NCBI GenBank assembly: GCA_973895155.1
Contig: OZ316894.1
Span: 22,229,867-22,293,866, forward strand
Reading direction: 5' to 3'
Source of the DNA: Marsupella aquatica
Lineage: Eukaryota; Plantae; Marchantiophyta
DNA length: 64,000 nt
Shown here: piece by piece, positions 53,401 to 64,000 of the stretch
Position numbering within the stretch: position 1 is the stretch's first letter
Layout: each line of letters opens with the position of its first letter
Notes under the pieces: model-generated
Told to the model about the DNA's origin: nothing
The model's database searches: none
Seen by the model: only the letters and a program-made list of their open reading frames with translations
Program-made: the position numbers and the translations under genes

Positions 53401-56400
53401 TCCTTTTCTCCTTAATTCTCCTTTGTCATTTACTGAAGGTTTTGGCTCATCGCACTTCCATTTGTTCACTATCACTTTACACATGGAAATCATATTTCCT
53501 CCTTTTGAACTCAAAAACTCTATATTTTCATGCATTCACTCCAAGCCCATTGAATTTTTTAGCTCTTTTGCTCACAAGCAGAATTTTTATAAGAATATTT
53601 GTTTTTCTGTTTTTGGAATTCTAGAGTAAGTGCACACAGTCAAATGGCACTGCCGTTAACTTCAAATCTCAAATATATGATCGAAACAGTATGTTGTTTT
53701 TTGTTTTGGGAATTCTAGAGTAATTGCGCAAGTCAAATGGCACTACTGTTAACTTCAAATCTCAAATATATGATACAGTATGCTTACATAATCTCAGTCA
53801 TTACAATCCATCAAAATCCAAAGCATTAGGGTCCTGTGTGCATCCATAACATTTGTCTATGGACGAGGACCTAGTACCCCATTTTGAGAATAGGGCATGG
53901 TACCTACGTGCGACCCTGTACCTCATAATGGGGTGCCTGGCCACCATCGTAAACATATACGTTGCATGCCATAAAATTGTTGCAAGAGAACAAAACTTGA
54001 TGGAGAATCCCTCTCTGGCCCCTTTTTTCGAACGGGACTTGGTGGGCCCCCCATCCATGCAGCCCATGCACATTCCGCGCAATTTTGACTCCCCTAGCCC
54101 CGGAGTATTTCACACTCAATCAGCCTACTAAAATGCAGCCGTAGTGTCCCTACCAGCCTACTTTTAAACATTTTGTCCCAAGTATGGTGAATGTCACCAG
54201 GTGTAAGGTAGGAGATTCTCAAAATGTTCATTAAATAAAATTATTAGATTATTTAGTTTCTGACCGTGTCCCTGTTTTAAGACGAACCATTAGATTTGGC
54301 AAATGGGGTCTGTCACTACTGTAGGTGGGAAAGTAGATAAAAAAACATTGACTAATCTTTGCACTTTAGAAAATTAAATATGGCTACCTGTTACAAGGAG
54401 CACCTTGGGGTTACAAGGACTGTGCGGCTTCATATATATTGGAGTTGCAAGGAATGTGCCCTGGCTGCTACTGTAATTGTGGGCGTTGGCATTTTTCATG
54501 TTTTGTCGCCTCTTGTTAACCTCATCTGTGGGGTTTTAGTGGAATAAACATTTTAAAATATTGAATTCTTTTTAGTAAGCAGGTTTTTGCAGAACACGCA
54601 TTTTAAATACAAAATTTTGTTAGGAAGCATTACAAGAAGGAACCTCATTTGAATGGATAAGGGAATTAAAATCACCCAGTCAACCACTTCTTTACCCTTT
54701 TGTTTTTGTTTTTGTTTTTGTTTTCAATGGCCCTTCATTAGTTAGGAGCAGTCCAGGTATTTGGAATATGCCCCCTAACAGTGAGTCCGCCAGGTACACC
54801 ATTGCCGAAATTGTGGTTCAAAGCAATTTTCCGCGATAAAATATCTATCAGTCTGCAGTGACAGCATTATATATATTCCATGATAATATCGCCATGAAGT
54901 AGACGTCGCTTTTAAGTGATTTTTCATGGCCGTTAGATTCGCTCGCAAAGCTCCTAAATTAACAACTTGTCAACAGTGTGGTGTGGATCGAATATATGGG
55001 GTCAAGAGCTGGATCTGTTTCATTCGAAAGTAATGGGTTCTGGGCAGCGCGCGCTACAGATTTTGTGAAGGTGGTGATTAATTGTTGCGTGGCCGGCTGA
55101 ACTTTGTATCTGTCCATTGACAAAGGTGGAAGAAATTCTCTCTCGATACCGCCATGTCTTTTGTAGATGGTCTCGTAGAATTCGGGGTCGATTCCCGGGG
55201 ATTGCTGCGGATAATCGGTACCTGCGAGCTTGTCAGTGGAGCCCTATGCGACAAGAGCTTGATATATTTTCGAAGTATTTATCGTGAAGATCTTGCAATT
55301 CAGTGGAAGACTGTCCCCAGTTTAACGCATCATAATAAACCTCCTATCGTCATGTTGCAGCTGCGAATTTTGGGCCCAGGAAACCTGTGAAATGGCTGAA
55401 AACTGCTGTATATTGCGAGGCCCCATCCGTAGGCAAGAAGGCACCAAAACGCTATCGGCAGCGAGTGCAGAGCTCCGATGACCTCATTATCAAATACCAT
55501 GTCGAAAAATTGACGCTAAATGATCTCAAGAAACTATCATACGTCATTTTAAATCTGTTCGGCCGATTTCTTCAATATTGTATTGATTGTCGACTCTCTG
55601 CTACGGTAGGCGTTGCAAGTCCGGAGAACCCGACTGTGTACAGCATCCCAAAAATTTAATACGTAGTATGGCTCTGTTCCGAAGTAGGGTCTGCGTAATT
55701 GCACATCCAAAAGCTCACCCTGAATCTACATGCTGTTTCGATAATTGTACATCAAAAAGCGTCTATATGTCTGTGTGGAATATGCACAACAAGAATTAAG
55801 ACAATGATTTCTTTGGTAATTATAGATAAAACGTATCTAGATGTACCTGTAGATATTGTCTCTCTAATTGCACATAAAAAAGCTACAGTAATGTAACAAA
55901 ACAATCCCATCATCTACCTGTAAATACTATATGGGTCATTGCACATCATATGTTTTTGTTTTTTACGGCGCCCCACAAGAGCAGTCAGCATTGGAATAGG
56001 GCGAGCTTGTGTCGTGTGCGCACGGAATTGTTCGGTAAAAGGCTAGATAACAGTTGACTTTGTGCTCAATGGGGCTGCGAAGATCATACAATGCAACCCC
56101 TTGCCCCTATGCATAATCGACTCTCATTTGAGTGGAATCTGGGACTCATGAGGGAGGTGACGCGGCATTCCAAAAGATGCGCCGCATGTCTGCTCTCCAG
56201 GGTAAAAAGGATTGGAAATTTTCCCTTGCCTTCCCATTTTTGGGTTTCCTGCGTTTGAAACAAAGGTTCCTGTCTCTAGGATTGACGGTCATTGTAGCAT
56301 TAGAAGTTTTCCCTTGTTTTTTACCTGTATTGGGACCCTCTAACCCGCCTGTCGAACAAAGGATCCTGTCTCTAGAGGATTGACGTTTTCTGCAGCATTA

Positions 56401-56585
56401 ACAATTTCCCATTGTTTTTCCCCATTTGCTGGGATCCCTTATCCCGGGTTGCAGGCTGTTGTTATTTGTCAGTTTGATCTATGGAATTTCGCATGGAAGT
56501 GCACTCTGTTGAGACAGTAATTATTCTCTTATGCCCGTCGCACTCATTGTTAGAGCACCTGGGAGACTCTCAAGAGTATTTGAAC

Positions 56586-56593
56586 TATAAAAA
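56586..56593 (+). promoter_or_regulatory. Candidate TATA box for the 669-aa gene
   Basis: TATAAAAA followed by a CA-rich initiator-like stretch. Candidate 5' UTR intron from GAG|GTAGGG (56701) to TTGCAG (57201). Confidence 0.4.
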
Positions 56594-57430
56594 CACAATC
56601 TCATCAGTCAAAGTGACTAGCTTCAGTGACACTGCAGAGGTGCCGAGATCTGAGAGCCGAGGACGAACACAGGAGAGGGCCGACGCGAAGACCCAGCGAG
56701 GTAGGGCCAGCCTGCACAGTCGCCATAGCTGGAGTCAGTTAGGAGATTCGTGATACTTCTGCTGACAATTCATTTATTAGTACTGTTTGCATTTTCTGGT
56801 CTCACCCGCCATCGATCATCACCAGTCGCTTTGTTGCGTGAGAATTGCTTACAAACAGAAAGCATCAGAAAATGGAACAGTTGGAAAGGACAGAAATGTT
56901 CACTCTGACTGTCGATGGTTGAGAGAGAAGATTAGAGACTCTGCTATATGATTTTTAATTCTCGCGAGGGCTCCTTGTTCTGCTCTTTTCCTTCGGTCCC
57001 ATTCCTTTGCTCTTGCTGTGTGAGTGGATTCCCACGTAGCTTGCGGACATGTCTTCTCTACTGCAATGTAAATTAACGCAGTGGGACGTGCCATGAAGAT
57101 GTTGTACGTGTAGCTCGTGCTAGCCAATTTGTACTGAAGATGAAAAGAGGAAAATAAATAGTGTAGATATGTAACTGGAATTTGTTGGTTGTGTATTGCA
57201 GGTATCCGACGAGGCGGCCATCCTGCCCTGGGTTGAATTGAATTTGAGGAGGTTTAAGATTGCCCAGACTCCTATGTAATTGGAGAACACTGGTCCAGTA
57301 CTGTGCGACTTGCTTTGCGGTTCCATTGCTAGTGCTCATACCTCACAGGTAGATAGCAGTTCAAGCTTCTAATCGGACTACACTCTCATCAGAAAGAGGT
57401 GTAGCTAGGGGACCTATCAGAACCGCAAGC

Positions 57431-59440
57431 ATGTACTGGATTCTGGAGTTGTTGGTGTGGCCACCGACCAAGTTCTGGCAGCTGCTGTTCGGCAGGCGTC
57501 TGAGCTCCAAACTCAATGCCCTCAAGGCGGGGCTGTCAGTGGCGAAGGGGGCGGGGAGGAAGATGACGGGGCGATTGGAGGCCGGAGACTTCAAGCTTTA
57601 CGATATTGAGTCGACAACTGCTAAAGGGTTGGACACTATTACCAAGGCCATGTATGAGTCGGACACTGAGATAACCGAGCCAGCGAGCATTGCGGCCGCA
57701 TGGAAACTTTATACTGGCCACGACATCTCTCTCGATCTGGTGGTGCTGAGCCCTCGGCAACGCAATGTTCGCCTGTCGTGCCTCATTCGCGATGCCTGTG
57801 TCACTGGCGGCTGGCTCGCTGGTTGGAACATACTGCTTTTGGCCTGTCCCAACGTCGGCATCCATCCACGCCTCGTTCAGGATGTCAACATTGGCAGTTC
57901 AGTATACGCGCGTCTAACCAAAACACCGAGGCAACGGCAACCAATTGACATCCGCATGGAAATCGGACCCAATGCCATTTACGACTCAATCTATATTGTC
58001 GGTCCCAAGTCACTCGGCGGAAATGCATGGAAGGAAAGCAAGGAATACGCCGCGGTCCTAGAGAGGGACACATGGAGAGACAAAGGCTATCTGAAGGGCT
58101 TCAGCCCATGTGTTGCCTACGGCTGGATCGCCGTTCAGATCAAGACAGTCCCGGCCGAAGTGTCACCCGATACCATGAGACTCCAACTCCTTAACACCGC
58201 CGACTATGATCTAGACTATGGAGACGAAAACAAGGTCGGCTTCGAAAACGGTTTCCTCATGGGAGCGCACCATGCCCTCCAGCCGGGAACATTGATGCAG
58301 TGCGCTGCATATGTTGGGATGCTTAGTTACGACTTCCAGACCTATGTCCGCAACGTCCAGAATCACTGGGTAACCACCCAAAGCGGTGCATGGAACAATG
58401 GTTTCGCAGACGCATCCCCCGCCGAATTCGCAGCGACCCAAGTGGCCGACTGTGCTGCGCTTGTCCCCTTCAGCTTTGAGAGTCCCAAACTCTACAACCG
58501 CAGCAGGACGGGCATGATCACGGGCATGATGCAATTGCAATGCCACGACCTGCTCTTCGACAATGGCTGCTCCAACAAGATCTCTACCGTTGCCTACTCA
58601 GAGGCTTGCGGTGTCGGCAAATCCAACATCCACATCGCCTTCGCAATAGGCTTCTACGAAGCAATCGGCAAGTACTTCCTCGACTCGCTGCTCCGAGACG
58701 GCGACGTCGTCATCCCGCCCTACGGCTATGCAGCTTGCATGGTCGCAGGCCCATGGAATCCGTTCAACACGCGCTACCGCGCCTGGGAGCGTTGTATCAA
58801 GTATTCCAAGCAGCTCCAGCGCTCCGCGCATCCTGAGGCCAAGCTCCTCCTCGACCTGGCCTCCAAGGATCTCGTCCTCCGTGACTGCGATCTCGAAATC
58901 GAGGTCGGTCCGGAGTGGACCCGGGCCATGCACTCGGACATGTCTGACCTGGTCCCGCGCACAGCCGTGAGCTACTTCATCCCCTCGATCGCACAGGAGC
59001 TGTTCGACTCTCCGGGCGTGCCCATGCCTGAGCTGTGCGCCAAGTGCGGCCCCAAGCTTGACAAGCTCATGCGGGATCCAGCCAAGGAGGAGATTCGTGC
59101 TATCAAAGACCTTCCAGAGATCATCACTGGCTGCAGGGCAGCTGGTCTGGCAGCGGGTATCCGGAGGGCTGCGTTGTGGTCATGTACCGATGAGCCCTGT
59201 GATGCTTGCGCCTCGAGAATCGGCTTCTGGATAGACGCTACGGCGTATACGGTTTTGAGCGCTCTGATGCACGATGAGCCATTGGTTGGGCCGGCGACCT
59301 GGAGCTTGCAGAATTACTTCGTGGGCGTCGTAGCTCAATGGCCAATTCAGTTGCCCCTCTTGCTCGGTGGCTTTGATATGCTTGCGAAGATGACTTATGA
59401 TGATGGTGCGATGGGCTCTAGAGATATTGTTGATATCTAG
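57431..59440 (+). CDS. Intronless 669-aa protein of unknown function; putative non-canonical terpene-cyclase-like fold
   Basis: Long uninterrupted ORF rich in C/G-ending codons. Motifs DYDLDYGDE (aa ~258), HDLLFD (aa ~372), WNPFNTRYR (aa ~442-450), CAKC and CDAC. The ORF is well supported; the function is inferred. Confidence 0.8.
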   Translation: MYWILELLVWPPTKFWQLLFGRRLSSKLNALKAGLSVAKGAGRKMTGRLEAGDFKLYDIESTTAKGLDTITKAMYESDTEITEPASIAAAWKLYTGHDISLDLVVLSPRQRNVRLSCLIRDACVTGGWLAGWNILLLACPNVGIHPRLVQDVNIGSSVYARLTKTPRQRQPIDIRMEIGPNAIYDSIYIVGPKSLGGNAWKESKEYAAVLERDTWRDKGYLKGFSPCVAYGWIAVQIKTVPAEVSPDTMRLQLLNTADYDLDYGDENKVGFENGFLMGAHHALQPGTLMQCAAYVGMLSYDFQTYVRNVQNHWVTTQSGAWNNGFADASPAEFAATQVADCAALVPFSFESPKLYNRSRTGMITGMMQLQCHDLLFDNGCSNKISTVAYSEACGVGKSNIHIAFAIGFYEAIGKYFLDSLLRDGDVVIPPYGYAACMVAGPWNPFNTRYRAWERCIKYSKQLQRSAHPEAKLLLDLASKDLVLRDCDLEIEVGPEWTRAMHSDMSDLVPRTAVSYFIPSIAQELFDSPGVPMPELCAKCGPKLDKLMRDPAKEEIRAIKDLPEIITGCRAAGLAAGIRRAALWSCTDEPCDACASRIGFWIDATAYTVLSALMHDEPLVGPATWSLQNYFVGVVAQWPIQLPLLLGGFDMLAKMTYDDGAMGSRDIVDI

Positions 59441-60924
59441 ATTGGCTGGAGACACGATATATATGGGCTATTCGGTGCTTATATGTCGCTCCAGTCTTGG
59501 ATATATGTATAAGTCATACACTTAATTTCTTTAGTCAATCGAAGTACTTCTTCTAGATTCTCATGTTGTTGTATGTTACACTAGGCGATAATCTATACAA
59601 GCACTTAGTACATTGTACATTGTTGAAAGGAATAGTTTTTATGCTACAATTAAAGTTGCTTCGACCGGGGCTTCGACACGCCACTATTGTTCTTTGGTCA
59701 ATTCAAGTACTTCGTCGCGATCCTCAGTCTTATAGCTGTCTGCTTCCACTAGGTCTAAATGTATATAACGAACCACTGAGTACTTTGTACATTGTTGAAA
59801 GGTGTAGGTTTACGGCTTAGTTGAAAAGTTGCTTTCTGGCTATAAAATTGCTTCAATACGCCACTACTGACACTAATATGTCTTACCCAGACGGGATAAT
59901 AAGACCCTGACTGTTGGGTGCAATAGCTACCCAAATAGTTTATATAAAGTGGCCTTAGGCCCAGATACTTCGTATTTAAGTCAATTTACATGCACAATCC
60001 TCGATCAGAAAAGAAACACAGTCTGTGAAGCTATGCATGGACATCTCTTGGCTTCAGTTGGTAAAAAAGAACCTGAATTAGAAAAGAAACACATTAATTG
60101 ACGCCATGTCTGGATATCTCTGGGCTTGGCGAAAAATGATCTGATTTAGAAAAGAAACACAGTGAAGCTCAGTGAGTCTGGATATATGTTGGTTCGGTAA
60201 AAAGAGAAGCAAACATTGAAAACGATCGGAGTACGTGTTGCAAAGAAGCAAAGGAAGGCCAAGCGCGCGCACTAGTCTATCTCTACTGTCCTTCTGAATT
60301 TATTCCAGTGGTCCATTAGTATCAGCAGCCGTAAGAGAACATTACTATCGTGTTCGAGGGCCGATTGTTAAAACCGGATCATGCTCTCTCACTACACGCA
60401 GGTGACTTGTACAGAATCACAAGTTCATCTGCACCTAGCTGCACCGTACAGTAGATCGTTGACGAGGAAGTAATCGGAGGGGCTAGCCGGTAGCGTGAGT
60501 CCTGCAGATGATATGTGTTCGGGACTGGTAATTTGAACTCCAATTTCGCTTTGCTGTTCCTGTAAATGTGGAAGAAGATCGAGACGAGAAGGCAGGACCA
60601 TGGCACAAACGGCGTTAGAAGCGGAACCGGTTGTGGTTAGTGTTTAGAAGTTATGATTGTCAATTCATTTGGTGTATATATGGCACGTCCTGCTGATGAC
60701 TGCACTATTTGAAGCTTCATTATGTCACATTATCATGATCAATGTTATCCCCCGGCAGTTTCCGATGATTGTTCACAATCCACCTTTGGTCTGCTGCTTT
60801 TGCTTCTGCAGCATGAGGTTTTGCATGACGACTGAGAGATGTGAATGGAGAGGTACCTTTGTAGTCGGATCTGAATGTGCGCTAGCTCAGCTGTTTAGAT
60901 GACGACTCCACCACTGCCCATGCA

Positions 60925-61544
60925 TGACTGCTAACGTATCGTCTGTACATGTAGCCTTGACGCAATTAAATTGTCGTCGACAAGCCCGAGTCTTGTAAAT
61001 CTAGTACCCTACCCATGCGTTACTGCTAACGTATCTTCTGTACGTGTAGCCTTGACTCAATTAAATTGCCGTTGACAAGCCCGAGTCTTGTAAATCTAGT
61101 ACCCTACAGAGTAGTCATGTCAGGTATCTCTGCAAGGTCTCAACGAATTCTAAATTGCTTCCAACCTTGGACCTGCCTCATTTCGTAAATAAAGAGGGGG
61201 ACATCTACTTGTCGATCTAAATTGCTTCCAAGCTTGGATCTGCCTCATTTCGTAAATACAGAGTGGGACATCTACTTGTCGAAATGTTAAGGTTATGTTG
61301 AGGCTACTGAACGATATTAAGATAGCTCCAAAATCCTGGGTTCTTCCTTAAGGGACCGGGCTGTCAGTGATAGATGTATCCATAACCCTTCTCTGGGTGG
61401 GTTTGAAACGAATATACACTAGAGTAGCTCTCAATGAAGGAACTGGTTCTAAGGTCAGTGATAGATGTATCCATAACCCTTCTCTGGGTGGGTTTGAAAC
61501 GAATATACACTAGAGTAGCTCTCAATGAAGGAACTGGTTCTAAG
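60925..61544. repeat. Cluster of three adjacent tandem duplications (~94, ~68 and 91 bp units)
   Basis: ACTGCTAACGTATC...CTAGTACCCTAC x2; TCTAAATTGCTTCCAA...CTACTTGTCGA x2; GTCAGTGATAGATG...GGTTCTAAG x2 (units at 61363 and 61454, identical). Confidence 0.9.
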
Positions 61545-62674
61545 GGCGATGACCTAAACCCTAAACCCTATTTTGAGTATTCTTTTGTACTGTATTGCAT
61601 GAACCCTTCCAAAACAAGAGTTAACATGACCCCTGTGGCATCTCCTAACAGTCCAGCAAGAATGATGCCATGAAGACTTAATACTACCCGTGTGACTACC
61701 AATTTTGCCCAGGTCTTCATGGCATCTTACTCACAATTATTAAGTCCAGGAGATGCCAGAGGGTACTGTTAAGTCTTTTCTTGGAACCCTTCTTAATACT
61801 CTTCCTTTGTCGTAAACCCTCTGACCGTGTGTTTTATTGTAATGTGGTATACTTGGAACTGCTTATTAAACCCTCCTGGTGACTCTTAGTTTTTCAATTT
61901 TAGTTTACTGTAACATATTGTACTGTACGGGATTGCTTAAACAGAGCTTGTGAGTCTACTATTGAATTGCATGGTAGTCAGTGTTTAAACCCTCTGACTT
62001 TCTGATTCTTCTACCCGTTCTTCTATCTTGCTTTATTTTATTGTAAATCATGTATTGGATAAACCACATTGTGAATCCTCCTTCTTATTCGATTGTCAGA
62101 GTAAACCGTCCGTTTAGTCTTCTTTTGTATGCTCACTGAAATTAAAGTTATGGGTGGTTCTCAGATTTAAACTATGTAATTGTTACGATTGAAATTATGT
62201 GATTGTTACTAGCACTCATAAAGGTAGCAACTCCTCCTATGTATAAAGTTTCAACTACTCACCAGCAAGGAGTTTAAAGTTTATGGCTATTTGGGGGTTA
62301 GTATGGGCTGCAATCCTTGCGTTTACTACCCTTGAGAATATAATATACCCCTAACCCATGGAGTACCCGACACAAGCAAGAATATGTAGATTGAAAGACT
62401 GAGTGTATTGAGATTTGCATCCTTGTTAACGTCTATTTTGCGTATGTATGCAGCCCTACGCGTTTATGCATGGGATGGTATAGGGTGTATCTATGTGTAA
62501 TATATATGTAATCAATTAAAAGGGAATTTTTTGAGGTGTACCTCAAAATATCGCAGGTGATGGGGGGTGGGGGTGGGGAGGCTCCACATACATAATGAGA
62601 CCCGTAAGTTGCTGTCACATATATAAACCCAGCATGGACAAGGACATTTTTAATGCTTCCCACCTCCACACCAA

Positions 62675-63207
62675 GCAATATAGCATGCTCATCCTGGAAC
62701 ATGCTTAATTTTTTTGTCTTGTAGTGATCTGAAAGTAAATAAAATATGAGAGCATAGAAGTGCTGTTATATAAGTAAAGTGTCTGCCAAGAAAAGCACAG
62801 TGACCAAGAAAAGGTACAGTCAAACGATGCTATGATGTGTGCACTTAACTCAGGGTGCCTTATGAATGACACTCCTTTCAATAAAAACCATAAACCTGGG
62901 AAAGAAAAACACGGGGAGAACTTAAGAGGCTATGCATTCATGTTCTTCAGCATCATTTCTCTCACTCGTGGTGGTGGAGCCTTTGGTTTCATCTCTAAGA
63001 AAACACATACTGTGAAAGGGGGCTGCCAAAATAAGTTCAAAACACTCTAGAATACCTAAAACTAAAGGGGTCTAAAAATTAATTAAAAATGTATAGAATA
63101 CAAAGGCTGCCCCTTGATAAGGCAGATTGAAATGAAAATACATGACACAAAAATCTGAATAAGACAAAATCTGATATGTGCATTCACCATATAGCAGCTT
63201 CAGTAAG
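62675..63207. repeat. Dispersed repeat copy B (inverted relative to 16630-17300)
   Basis: Reverse-complement similarity to copy A over its whole length; lacks the two internal duplications seen in copy A. Confidence 0.85.
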
Positions 63208-64000
63208 GGCTTAATTCTTTGGGACAAATTCCCTGTTGCCCTATCCACAAGTTAATAACCTGCCCATTGCCAAGCCTCCAACTCCAACCCATGAATGAAT
63301 GAAACTAAATATTTTCACTGGTCACAGGGTTCCCTTATGAGGTCTATCTGACTTCAACTTCAACCTATAAATGAATAAAAGTAAAGAGTCGCTCACCCAA
63401 CCACAATAGTCTCTCTCTAAGTGCACACTCTATAAGTGAAAACCCTGGATAGATGCAAGACATCCCTTTATTCATCTTTTTCCATGGAGTTTGAACTTTT
63501 CTGTGCCAACATGCCAATTGAAAGTACTTTTCCTAATGAAAACTTAATGAGAGAAAACTCTTGATAGCTGTACTGACCACTTATCGGCAAGTGCACAATT
63601 CCATCAACTAACGCTGTCTTACAGATGTGAGCATGACAATTTTTTGTAGAGAAAAATTGCACTTATGGGTTGGGGATCATTTTTAGGGCAGGAATGTACA
63701 ATTTTAGAGTGGGAGCCCATTGCACATGGAAGGAAGCACTATAGCTCTTCTCAATAAATGCACAATTCTACCTTTTTGCAGTTACTTATCACCTTAGTAA
63801 GTCAAACCCACGGTAATTAAGTGATCGGCTTAGGGTGACCTTAGCCATTGGTTGCTTTCTCTCTCCCTCCTGGTGCTGATTCCTGTTGGATCCGTGAGAG
63901 CTCACCCTGAAATGGGTTCCCTACCATGAATGTAAGTCACTATTGGGGTGGGGAGAGCCTACTAAGAGCCAACTTGCATGTGAGTGGCCCTCCATTTGCT

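Noticed and set aside
57536-59455. Multiple antisense and alternate-frame ORFs within the 669-aa gene, and similarly within PILS, ELP3 and the CRE ORF
   Set aside because: Expected shadow ORFs of GC-rich coding sequence.
61552-61570. Telomere-like CCTAAACCCTAAACCCTA (similar at ~12458)
   Set aside because: Only 2-3 units; common interstitial telo-box-like sequence.

Overview
Eukaryotic land-plant genomic DNA, probably a non-seed plant such as a liverwort; this is inferred from gene style, long intron-containing leaders and TE content, and is not proven. Host genes: RAD21/SCC1 cohesin (-, runs off the left edge), ELP3 (-), an RSZ-type SR splicing factor (+), an intronless PILS auxin carrier (+), a Josephin deubiquitinase (+), a DUF3326 protein (-) and an intronless 669-aa orphan ORF (+). 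Mobile DNA: a complete but mutated 6.1-kb PIF/Harbinger transposon, a 331-bp TRIM with tRNA-derived LTRs, a TTAA-flanked MITE, a decayed L1-like LINE, a 5'-truncated RLE-type (CRE-like) non-LTR element and several dispersed and tandem repeats. Highlights: (1) the 669-aa ORF has motif order and spacing like a non-canonical microbial class I terpene cyclase, plus two CxxC pairs; (2) the Harbinger carries a third gene resembling the RPA1 C-terminal OB-fold/Zn domain; (3) the RSZ gene has two tandem 89-nt versions of its RRM exon, which look mutually exclusive; (4) the tRNA-LTR TRIM; (5) many recent 27-107 bp tandem duplications. All calls are from manual reading with no database searches.
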